64,000 bases of DNA, taken from NCBI RefSeq assembly GCF_030684315.1, contig NC_081391.1:20544629-20608628 (forward strand). The letters are read 5' to 3'. Shown here piece after piece: positions 1 through 18,909 of the stretch (its first letter is position 1; every line of letters begins with the position of its first letter). The stretch comes from Stegostoma tigrinum. Taxonomy: Eukaryota. The notes beneath the pieces were generated by a model. The model saw only the letters and a list, made by a program, of their open reading frames with translations, was not told the origin of the DNA and searched no databases. A program made the translations under genes and the position numbers.

Positions 1-490
1 CTCCCTGCCTGACAGGTACATACTTATCTAGGACACACAGGAGCTTTTCCTTGAATACGCTCCACATTTCTAATGTGTCCATCCCCTGCAGTTTCCTTCC
101 CCATCCTATGCTCCCTAAATCTTGCCTAATCTCATTGTAATTGCCTTTCCCCCAGCTATAACCCTTGCCCAGTGGTATGCACCTATCCCTTTCCATCACT
201 CAAGTAAACATAACAGAATTGTGATCACTATCACCAAAGTGCTCACACACTTCCAAATCTAACACCCGGCCGGGCTCATTACCCAGCACCAAATCTAATA
301 TGGCTTTGCCCCTTGTTGGCCTATCTACATACTGTGTCAGGAAGCCCTCCTGTGCACACTGGACAAAAACTGACCCATCTATAGTACTCGAACTATAGTG
401 TTCCCAGTCAATATTTGGAAAGTTGAAGTCCCCCAATGACAACTACCCTGTCTCTCTCACTCCTATTGAGAATTATCTTTGCTATCCTTG
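1..490 (-). mobile_element. CR1-clade LINE fragment (ORF2 AP-endonuclease region)
   Basis: ORF 200..442(-) has GDFNFPNIDW, FLTQYVDRPTRGKAILDLVL and GDSDH motifs typical of the CR1 endonuclease. Confidence 0.9.
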
Positions 491-789
491 TTTGTTATGT
501 CACAGTCCTTTGACTATCTGGCTTGGAGGAGTGTTTTTTTTGGGGCGGGGGGGGGGGGGAAGTGCGCCTACAGATGTCACCCCAAGTGAAAGAGGGTGAC
601 AATATTGTAGCCTTTCCATGTTTCCTCATTGTAAGGGTCCCAAAACTTGATTATTAATTAAGGAGCACAAATTTGACACAACTACAAACTATTAGAATAC
701 CAGCTCATCACCAGTTCTTAATACCTCTCAGTTGGACTAAGGGACAGTATGGAAACTAACCATGTGATCTGATGCATCCATAATGACCT

Positions 790-1330
790 GATATGGAAAG
801 CTTATCTCATCCCCCTTGTCAACATTTGACTAAAATCGCTCTAAACCCCTTTCTTTTCACATACCCAATCAGGTGCCTTAAGTGTCACATTGGTACTAGC
901 CTCCACTAGCTCATTCCATACATGAGGCATTGCAGGAGAGTTACCCCTCTGATCATTTCTCCCGCCTCCCTTCAATCTTGCCCCCTCACCTTAAAACTAA
1001 ACCCTTTAGTTACCTAACTCTAGGGAAAGGGGACTCTACTATTCACTCTGTCCATACCCCTCATGAACTAAAATCTAAAGAGTCTCCCCACCAGTCTCCT
1101 TGCTCATCTTTTTCTTGGACCTGGAGCTCTCAAAGCTTCTTATAGCAGAGAGACCAATTGAAAGCTGTGTTCCTTTCCTAAAGTGGCCTCACCAGTGTCC
1201 TACTTAGCTATAGGATGGCATCCCAACTCCTACCTTCCATGCACTGACCAATGAAGGGAAGCACCTCAAATGCCTTCTTCCCCACCCTGTCCACACCTTT
1301 GCGGAACTATACCTGCGCCCTAGACCTTTG
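790..1330 (-). mobile_element. Degenerate CR1 LINE 3' fragment
   Basis: Resembles the reverse complement of the CR1 RT C-terminal/3' region at 48750-49500; paralogous copies near 5280-5780 and 21290-22080; boundaries approximate. Confidence 0.6.
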
Positions 1331-2153
1331 TTTGGCTCCTGGGGGGGGGGGGGGGGGGGGGAAGCATTGGCAATAACTGACTAGCTAGACAAGCCAATAA
1401 CGTTCAATTTCATCCTGATTTACTATTGGCTTGCCTGTAATGTGTACACTTGGCATGCTGTGTTTTGCCAACCCTTTGGTGGTGGAGGGGTAGTATCCCT
1501 ACCCATTGTCTGGGAGATATGGGTTCAAGCTCCACCTGCTCCAGTGGAGTGTAAGATACTCAACAGGTTTAGAAACACCAAAATTAAAGACTAAAGTTCT
1601 CTAAGCATAACCTTCTCATTAATTCAAAGTCAGAAGTACCTGAATTTGTTGGCCATGCTTAAATTTATTGGGATCTCAAGTTTTCCCCCTAATAAGCCAT
1701 CAGACAAACCTGGGGACTAAAGCCCTCAGCTCAGTCGGTACTTTTGCTGAGAACGATAGGACAAATGAGTCATTCCTGACCCTTCACTGTTCCTCAGTCA
1801 GTGCCAATTCCTACCTTCAAGGGTATTGTGGGTCTACCCACAAGATAGTAGAGTGGCTCAAGGAAGCAACTCACCATGTCAAAGACAACTAGACCCAGGC
1901 AATTGTCTGGGCCAGACAGACAGTGAAACCCACAGCCCAGTGGGGAAAAGTGTTCCCATCAACAGGAACAGAACCAGACAGGATCGAGCTACAGCACAGC
2001 TCAAGGATTAACTCAAAGGGAGGCAACACCCAGTCCAACATTGAGCAGTTTATTTACATTTGGTACCAGGACAATGATCTGTTTCTACAAGACAAGAAGT
2101 CTCTACAGGTCTCCTATTTAAAGGCATTAAGTGTGCTCCTTGTCATAATTTTG

Positions 2154-3083
<930 letters not shown>

Positions 3084-3239
3084 CTTTGAAGCCAATAAAG
3101 TAACCAGTTTGTGAGACGTTGAGGTTTTTATTGAAGTTTGAATGATATAAGCACCAGAATTTCAGGGGTGGGGTGGCTTGGGGATTGGCAAGGGGGGATT
3201 ATTAGGGGGAACATGGGGCTGTGGTCAGTCAAGCTCCCA

Positions 3240-5250
3240 CTGAACCAGGGTTTTTAGTTTAAGCTTTCAGCAGTTGCTGAGGTTTTTGAGCTGGTCGTGG
3301 GAGCTCTTATTCCTCTCTCTGTTACAGCTACAAGCTGGGGGTTCTCCTCCGGCTTTTAGAATTGCATGTGAGACAATCTATTTCACTGAATCTGTCTTTG
3401 CCAAGGGTGTGTTTATGGGATGCCAAAACAATGGAGTAATTCATTAGTAACAGTTCATATATCTACTATTTTGATAAGCGTTTCATTAGGTAAGCAATAC
3501 CGTTCTTTTCATTTTGTCTATGTTGTGACTGTAGTGTAAAAATAATGTGTACTTTGCTGGAAGCCAATAGTTTGACCAATCAAATCTCACCTGGAACAGA
3601 ATGCCTTCCACTTACCTTTAAAATAAGAAAAAAAAAAATACAGCCTTAATGTATTTGGAGAGGATTTGGCCTGTTCCTCAACAAGAGGTACGAGCCAAAT
3701 AGGACTAATTCTTTTTGAGAACCTGGTTAGCACGGATGAATTGTTGCGAAGGTTCTGTTTTTGTGCTGTATCACTCTGTGACTCTGAGTAGTTTGGCCCT
3801 GGAACAGGTGGTGAAATGTGCTCCTTTGGAATTACCTCTGGGCTTGACAGGCCAGATGAGGGAGCCAGTGATTGACATCAGGATCCACCAATCACCATCC
3901 GCGCACATCTCCCCGAGGACAGACACCACCAACAGACACAGTTGACCTGCCCAAAAAGAAAAAGTGTCTGGAGATTGACAGATGTCCTGGTCAAAATGGA
4001 TCTGAGATACAGTGAATCTCCGGTGGTCACAAAGGGCTTTGTCCAAAGTAATGGACATTGCATAGTCATTCAATGGCCCCCAGAGACTTTGATGAATGAC
4101 TGTGGTGCCTGGCTCTGTGAGAATAGGTGGTGTTCCTGGCTTACTCCCTGGTTGTCTGAATAACCCATGTTCTTCTCAAGCCAACATCCAAATAAATACA
4201 CTGGATTTCCTGCAATGTTTAAGTTCTCACTTAATGGTTTATAGGGCATTTTTAAGAGTACAAAATTATGCAGGGGTTTTTCTGCCATATGTTTTTGCAG
4301 AGAACTCCGGAGTGATTACAAATTTCAGAACACGTGGTCATGGAAAGTTAAAGTAATCAAGACACTCTTGCAAGTCATCTCTATTCTGTAGATGTTTTAT
4401 TTTGGTCAGATGAAGTCTAATACCATTCAAGGCTAGGAATAGCTGTTCCAGAGTCAAGCACTGGCAGATGCTACTGGTTTGTAACAATTGTTCTGAACTG
4501 GTTTCCTTTACTGAGCTTTGTTCTTTAGAATGATTTGGTGGACGTACAGATGTCTTTCAGTCTCCTTCCATTTAGATTATTTCTCTGAAGCCATTCTAAA
4601 AACTTTCAACATCCACCCAGAAATTGATCGGTCATTTGCACCGCAAAATGAACTCAAGCCACATCTTCCAAAAAATAATCTAATATCTGATCATCAAAAC
4701 CCTTGTCATTACCAGACATGGTTATTCTTCCTAAACCTGCAGTGCCCAGTGCTAGTTTTGCAGCCTGCCAGTCTTTGTGTTCTTAATTGCCACAACAAAC
4801 AGTCTAGGCCTGAAGCATCAGCTTTTGTGCTCCTGAGATTTGCATTCATCCAGCTTCACACTTCATCATCTTGGATGCTCCAGCATCTGCAGCTCCCAGT
4901 ACCTGATTTTAATAGCCTTAACTCTGACAATGTCTGTTGAGTGCCAAATGTTAATTATGTTTTGTTGCTAGCCTTTTGCTCTTTAAAAGTAGCAGTTTGT
5001 TTTAAAAAAAGACAAAAACTTGGGATTTCCTTTCCAGTTCATTATGTTAGAGCTTTTTGAATAGCTTGTTTTAAGAGCTATTTTTGTGTCTGCAGATGTT
5101 ATTCTTGGGACGTTGAGACTATAGCCTAACAGTTGATGTTTCCCTCAACTCACATTTATAAAATGAGCACAAAAATCTATGCTTGCTTCAACCACAAACA
5201 TGTTGTTAGAATAAACCATCTGATGAGTGGCTAATACCTTACCCCCCCTC
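3240..5250 (-). mobile_element. Degenerate LTR-like segment plus Gypsy-like internal remnant, paralogous to 18910-21270
   Basis: Colinear similarity with 18910-21270, where an RT-like peptide is readable; boundaries approximate. Confidence 0.5.
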
Positions 5251-6523
5251 CTTTAGACTAAAAGGTAAGATGGAAATTAACCCTTTGGCCACACTCATTT
5301 ATAGTTAGTCCCATTAGCTAGCATATTTACCTAGGTCCAGCCGAACCATTCCAATTCTTTGTCCAGACACCTTTCAAACTGGGAAAAGTGTGCCAGCCTT
5401 CGTCATACACCCCACTTTGAAGCTACCCCTCCAGTCCCTTTTACAGCTTTCCCAATCCCCCACCTTACAACTACTGCCCTAGGGTTGAGACCAGAGGGCA
5501 GAGACCTTGACTGTTTACTCTATCCAAGCCCCTCAAGAAAGCAAGTGTTGTCTCTCCACAACCTGACTCTAGAGTCTAGTACCAGTTCAATCAGCCTCAT
5601 AGCTAAAGGTTCAGTAAAGATCAAGCTATTAGAAATTTTCCTTCAGCAAGGAGATCAGCTTAGTCAGGCTACTACATTCACTGGCCTACAGAGCTGTAAG
5701 GTGGTATTACAACTCCTGTTGTCACTGCACTGATCAAAGAAGGCTTAAAAACACCCAATACCTTCTTCCCCACCCTGCCAAAAGGATTTTCGCAAAGGCC
5801 TTGAGTGCAGGTTCAGTGCTCTGCAGGAGCCTACCATTAGCTGAAAAATTCAGCAAACCAGCAAAGTTAAACCACACCAAGAGGTCAGATTTTCCCCTCA
5901 CCTAATTTGTATTTGCATATCCTTGTTGGTGCAGTCTCCCATTCAAGGGGAAGGGATGCTATGAGAACAAGTCCCATCTGTGACAGATACCAAACAGGTT
6001 GATTAAGAGAATCCATTAAAATCAGAACTCTACAGGTACACAAACTTCAGACTAATTCATTTAAAACAGAGGAGCACCTGATTTGGTTCTTCTGCATCAT
6101 TTGCTGGATCTCAGCTTTCAGCTCATTTGGTCCTTTTGCTGACCAGGATAGGTCCTTGAGCCATTCCTGACCCTTCACTGCTCCTAGTTCTGTGCTAATT
6201 CCTACAAGGGTATTGAGTCTACCCACACAAGATTGAGGGTGGCTGAAGGCAGCAGCTCACCATCTCAAAGGAAACAAGGTCCAGGCAGTGAAACCCAAAG
6301 CCCAGTGGGGAAGTGTTCCCATCAGCAAGAGCAACTAAACAGGATCAAGCTACAGCATAGCTCACAGCAAGCATTAACCTAGAAAAGGGAGGCAAGACAG
6401 TCCAATATTGAGCAGTTTATTTACACTTGGTACAGGACAATGAGCTGCTCCTACTAAAAGAAGTCTCTACAGGTCTCCCATTCAGACACATGACAACAAG
6501 CTCACTGCCTGCAGGCAATTCAG

Positions 6524-10894
<4,371 letters not shown>

Positions 10895-10963
10895 CTTCAC
10901 TATTCCTGCTCACAACCAACTAGACAGCTCCAGAACTAAGCCTCTCAGGCACAAGCTCTTGCA

Positions 10964-11040
10964 TTTATACTCCTGGAACATCCTGTTCTCAATCAGAGAA
11001 TGATGTCACCAATGATCATTGACAACCCTTGATAGCCAAT
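10964..11040 (-). promoter_or_regulatory. Core promoter of ferritin copy 2 (TATA box plus inverted CCAAT boxes)
   Basis: TATAAA at 10964-10969, 70 nt upstream of ATG; CCAAT (+ strand) at 11009-11013 and 11036-11040; conserved in copies 3, 4, 7, 9. Confidence 0.8.
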
Positions 11041-11859
11041 CAGGAATCTCCCATCAACCCAGGCACTAATTTTAGATAGGGAATGGTGTATATACAGCCA
11101 GGGCCAAGCAGCGCAGTGGAACAGAAGTAGATCGAGATAATTTGAACCATGCAAACAGGAGGAGGTCATTCAAACCATCAAACCTATTTCACCATTTAGT
11201 TGGATCTTGGATGGCTTTTTTAAATCATAGAATTGTAGAATCACTATCATAGAATCTTGTATCTAAATGCTGTGTAACACACCTATCTTCCATACACACA
11301 TTACTCCCTTCACTTTAACAAATGATCACTAATCTCAGTTTGAAATGTTCAATTGAGTCAACGTTCACTTAAGCTTTTGAGACAACGATGTCTAGATTTA
11401 TGGTATTCTTTATGTGGGAAGTGAAGGAAACCTAAATGCACATCTCTCTATTCAAATACCAGGGTCATTTCTAAATGTGACTCTCAGGACCATGTACAGG
11501 CTCCTGGGGAAAGATTGCCATAGCTTTGCTGTTCAATGTAGATAGTCATGTGCTCTCCTCTACCCTTACCAATTCCAAACCATTTCTGAGGATTTATTCC
11601 ACAGGCTTCACTTTCTCACAGTTATTTTATGGACTCTTGTCTGCAATGGAATTTGTTGTAACTTTCCTCAAGGTGAAACGGATAGAATTTTCTAAAACAG
11701 ATATTCCCAATATATCTCGGGAGATTCAAACTTGAACATAATATTGAACACTATTGCATCTGTGTCTGCCCATCTCTTGATGAAGCGATACACCTCTCAT
11801 CAGTTCCAGAAGAAGTCAGTGATACTGATATTAATACACCTGTTGAAGGATGTTAAATA

Positions 11860-11985
11860 AAAACTGAAAGAACCACGGATGCTGTCAGTCAGACATAAAA
11901 ACAGCAATTTCTGTAAAAGCTCAGTAGGTCTGGTAACGTCTGTGAGGAGAAATCAGAGTTAACGTTTTGTGTCAAATAACACTTC
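11860..11985 (-). mobile_element. Penelope-derived short element, family B, partial
   Basis: Matches the arm of the family-B elements at 37350-37560 and 44581-44710 (GATGCTG...AGAAATCAGAGTTAACGTTTT). Confidence 0.6.
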
Positions 11986-12781
11986 CACAGAACCTCCTCC
12001 CTGCTGTGGGAGGCTCACCAAATGCGAGATGTTAGCTCTGATTTCTCAACTGAGGAATATTGACTTGCACCAAATAGTTTGCAGTCAATCTGTGAGTGAA
12101 AAAGTTGGTGAAATGGAAAATGCATTGATGAGATGCCTTGTCCAGAATCCTACAATTTTAAGTGGACCTGTTCGTTGCTAATGACAAACATCAACAAGTC
12201 TAATGTTCTGTTCCTTTTACAAATGTTCACTTTATTCTGAGAGGTATTTGTGAGACAAGATTTAACATTTGAAATTTGGAGAGTCTTGGAACAGGACTTG
12301 ATCCTTTCTGCTTTTATTCATCCAATACATTGTATGTCCCTTGGACAGTGCGGGTGCAGGTAATAGTTCCCACCATTTGGCATCTCTCATGACAGGCATC
12401 TTAAAGTGGTCAATACTAAGCCAAATAAGTGGGTCGAAACAAAACCTCCTTTCACTAATTTTGTGAACAATAGGATTTTGATTGTAAGCAGTCAGCTGCT
12501 TGACCGTTGACACAAGGCCATGTCTAATGTGGTTACAACTACTGGGCTATTTGTAGCCAACCTGGAGAGGGCTTGCCAGAGCAGAGGGAGGGACACACAT
12601 TCGGGTCAAGAGCTGAAATTGAGGAAATCATGAGTTCAGAGGCAGCAATGGCCATCGGGGAGTTGGTGTTGTTCCAGTTGTACTCTATGTTTTTTTTAAG
12701 CCTCAAAGCAATAGTGATGATGGCCTCCCATTACACACTGCCTATCACTATCACAAACTATCCCCATTTGCAGCTGTTTCA

Positions 12782-12998
12782 GAGATAGTACCCACTGCAG
12801 ATGCTGGAGAATCTGAGATAACAAGGCGTGGAGCTGGATGTACACAGCAGGCCAAGCAGCATCAGAGGAGCAGGAACGCTGATGTTTCTGGCCTAGACCG
12901 TTCTTCAGAAGAAAGGTCTAGGCCTGAAACGTCAGCTTTCCTGCTCCTCTGATGCTGCTTGGCCTGCTGTGTACATCCAGCTCTATACCTTGTTATCA
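12782..12998. mobile_element. Palindromic Penelope-derived short element, family A, hammerhead core degenerate
   Basis: ~90-bp inverted arms centred near 12905 (GCTGATGTTTCTGGCCTAGACC...GGTCTAGGCCTGAAACGTCAGC). Confidence 0.8.
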
Positions 12999-13019
12999 CA
13001 TTTACAACTATTCAGCTTC

Positions 13020-13245
13020 CTAGCCAGATTATCAATTCCTTTATCTATCTAACTAATCTTCTATGTCTTTGGGCTCTATCCTTTTTCCTGCCTTTGACTC
13101 CCTATCATCTACATCTAAACTGACGTTTTCCTTGCCAGCTGTTCTGAGGAAGGGTCACTGGACCTGAAATGCTAACTCTGATTTTTGTTTCTTCATGGGT
13201 GCTATCAGACCAGCTCACCTCTTCCAGCAAGTTCTGTTTTTGTTG
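13020..13245 (+). mobile_element. Penelope-derived element, family B, with hammerhead-like core
   Basis: CTGAGGA(13144-13150)-AGGGTC ACTG GACCT-GAAATGCTA followed by the family-B arm. Confidence 0.65.
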
Positions 13246-13589
13246 AGATGGGGAAGTGTTTGGAAAGTGCCCAAGTAGGAAACAATTGTTGAGAGTCTAT
13301 ATCCAGGGACTCTAATTAATTCCTAAGCAAAAGCATGTCAGCCCACCAGGCACATGGAAAACTTAAGGAAACACTTGGAAAAATCTGGTAGAATTGAAGA
13401 GTGATTGTTTTACATTTGCAGGAGGCAGAAATCTAATGATCTCAACCCCACCTTCCCACTTACTTCTGTCAACCTTTCACTTTTGCCTTGGAAGAATCAA
13501 TCTGAAAAATATTCAATATCATTTTGATGGAGACTTCCAATGCCTCAACCTACTCATGCAAAAAAAAAAAATTGGTTTTCAATTGATGA

Positions 13590-14180
13590 CACCTTCCTCT
13601 AATCTCTCCCTCAAGAGGCAACATCCTCCCCACTACCCATCAAAACCCACTTCACTCTGCAAGGATTGGCAGGTATGAGCTAGTTTTGTTTTACCATCAT
13701 TAAGTCCAACCAATCCCAAATTAGCCTGGTAAACCCCTTTCTGAGCAACTTGTGCAGTATTTGCTTTAGGAAAAGGGGATGAACACTATGCTCCAGCTAT
13801 GGAATCACCAATGCCCTGTATAACTGAAGTCTAACTTGTATTCAATTTCACATTGCAATTGACATCAATACAACAAGTTTGGTCTTAAATGGGTGACACC
13901 TTGCTGTAATCTCTCCCTCAAGAGAGAACATCCTTCCCACTATTAAAAATCCTCAGCCAAGTCCCACTCACTCTCTAGGGGTTGCCAGATACAAGCTAAT
14001 GCTTGATCATCATAAAGCAGACCCAATTCCAGAATAGTCCAGTAAATCTCTTCTGAGCAGCTTATGTTATGCAGTGCTTTCTCTAAGCAAAGGGGGATGA
14101 ACAGCACACTCCAGTTGTGGAACCACTAAAGCTCTGTGAAACTGGAGCATAACTTGTATTCAATCTCACACTGCAAGCAA
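13590..14180. repeat. Diverged direct duplication (~280-300 bp units) of a CR1-derived segment
   Basis: 13595-13860 aligns by eye with 13905-14180 (AATCTCTCC..TCAAGAG..AACATCC...AACTTGTATTCAAT). Confidence 0.7.
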
Positions 14181-14369
14181 CACTTTTTTCCCCCCTGGGA
14201 AGGGGGAAAACTAGGTAATCATCCCCAGTGGCAAGGTCAGGGGATGACTTGCCCTGTGTCTGTTTCAGGAAGCAAGTGTGAGCAGCACTTGATTTTCAGT
14301 TTAAAAAGAAGACAGAGCACTGGACTTTCAGCTCCATGAGTAGAGTCAGTTCTCACATGTCTACTGATA

Positions 14370-14760
14370 GAACAGCATTAAGCTGAAGGAACACAGCAGG
14401 CCAGGCTTCCTCAGAGGAGCAGGAAAGTTGCTGTTTTGGGTGAGGACTCTTCAGAAATGCGAGGGGGGGGGGGGTCCAAAATAAATGGAGAGTGGAGGGA
14501 TGGGTCTGGGGGAAAGGAAGGTGGGATGGTGATGGATGGGTGCCAGTAGGGATGGGTCAGTAATGTGCAGATAGGTGGGAGAAGAGATGAACAGGTTGTG
14601 TCAGGAGAGAGCGAGAGCGAACGAACGACTTTGAACTTGAGACCACTGGGCTGTAGACTCCCAGAGGTGCTGCTCTTCCAGTCGGCATTGATGTGACACT
14701 GGAGGCAGCCCAGGAGAGACATGTCACCCAGGAATTGGGGTGGTTAGAATGGTTTTGACT
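14370..14760 (-). mobile_element. Penelope-like (Neptune-type) 3' fragment: GIY-YIG endonuclease C-terminus joined to a family-A terminal repeat
   Basis: Minus-strand peptide pieces DMSLLG, EEQHL, GSLQPSGL match the PLE endonuclease end, followed by a pyrimidine-rich tract and a degenerate CTGAAGA...AAAAC core. Confidence 0.7.
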
Positions 14761-15075
14761 TCAAGGTGTTGTTTGTTGTGACCAGAACACAAAAGTGCTC
14801 AAAAAGAACAAGTCTAAGCCTCCACTTGGTCTCACCTGATAAAAGAGAGACACACACAGGATCACATTTAGGGATCAGTGAGGAATGCCAACAATATATT
14901 AAGGCTTTCACAGAATCAGTTCATGCCACTAGCAATCTTTGCTCTGGATCAGTTGTCAGTTATTGAGTTATTCAACACCAAGTCCATTTCAGATATTTAT
15001 TTCTATATCCAGTCAGAAATCAGAACAGGTTTACATTTCAACCTCAAGTAGAGCACTGAAGTATTCCGCAGCTCA

Positions 15076-17997
<2,922 letters not shown>

Positions 17998-18070
17998 CTT
18001 CACTATTCCTGCTCACTACTGCCTAAACAACACCAGAACAGAGTCACTCACTTTCCCCCAAACTCTTGTA

Positions 18071-18226
18071 TTTATACTCATGGGACCATCCTGTTCACAA
18101 CCAGAGAACGGCATCACCAATCATCACTGACAATTGCTGACAGCCAATCAGGAATATCCTATTAATCCAGCGTCCAATGAAAAAGGAGAGGGTGTTATGG
18201 GGATGGGGCTGAGACCCAGAGCCAAT
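18071..18226 (-). promoter_or_regulatory. Promoter of ferritin copy 3: TATA box plus four inverted CCAAT boxes
   Basis: TATAAA 18071-18076; CCAAT at 18117, 18144, 18174, 18222. Confidence 0.82.
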
Positions 18227-18909
18227 CAGAGATTTGGAATACAGAGAATTTTGGGAAATTGGACTTGAAGATGCAAGTGCTTTAGGAGTGAAAGGCCCTC
18301 AATGCAGGCCAATCCAGCTAGTCATTTATAAATGGATACATGGTATGGCAGTGTCCATACCAGTGGACCTGAAGGTCCTGTGGTCAGGTCCTGCTGTCTC
18401 CTGAACAGGTTGCTCAGACAGTATCTATTCTGGGACAGGAATGAAGTGATTAAAAAATGTTTCCTTCAGTGAAACACTTTTCCACAGTTAGCCCAAAGCT
18501 GGTTCTTTTTGCCTCAACTGTTTCATTGATACCCCAAGTGTTTACAGCTAGCTTCATTTTAGAAGCGTTAAAAGGGACCTAAGGGGCAGTTTTTCACACA
18601 GGGTGGTGCGTGTATGGAATGAACTGCAGAGGAAGTGGTGGAGGCTGGTACAATTATAATGTTTAAAAGGTATTTGGATAGGGACATGAACAAGAAGGGC
18701 TTAGAGGATGTGATGATGCAATGGCTTTCGGAGGTGCGTTTTGATGTTAATTTGAACGAAGAGATGTTGAGACAGAGGTACAGAGCATTCCACTCCAAGC
18801 CAATGAAGTAAAGAGCTTGTGGGTATGCTCAGATTGAGGCAACATAAATTGCAGGGGGATGTTTTCAAGGGTATTGGCGGGAGGGGAATGGTAAGGGAGA
18901 AGTGAAGCA

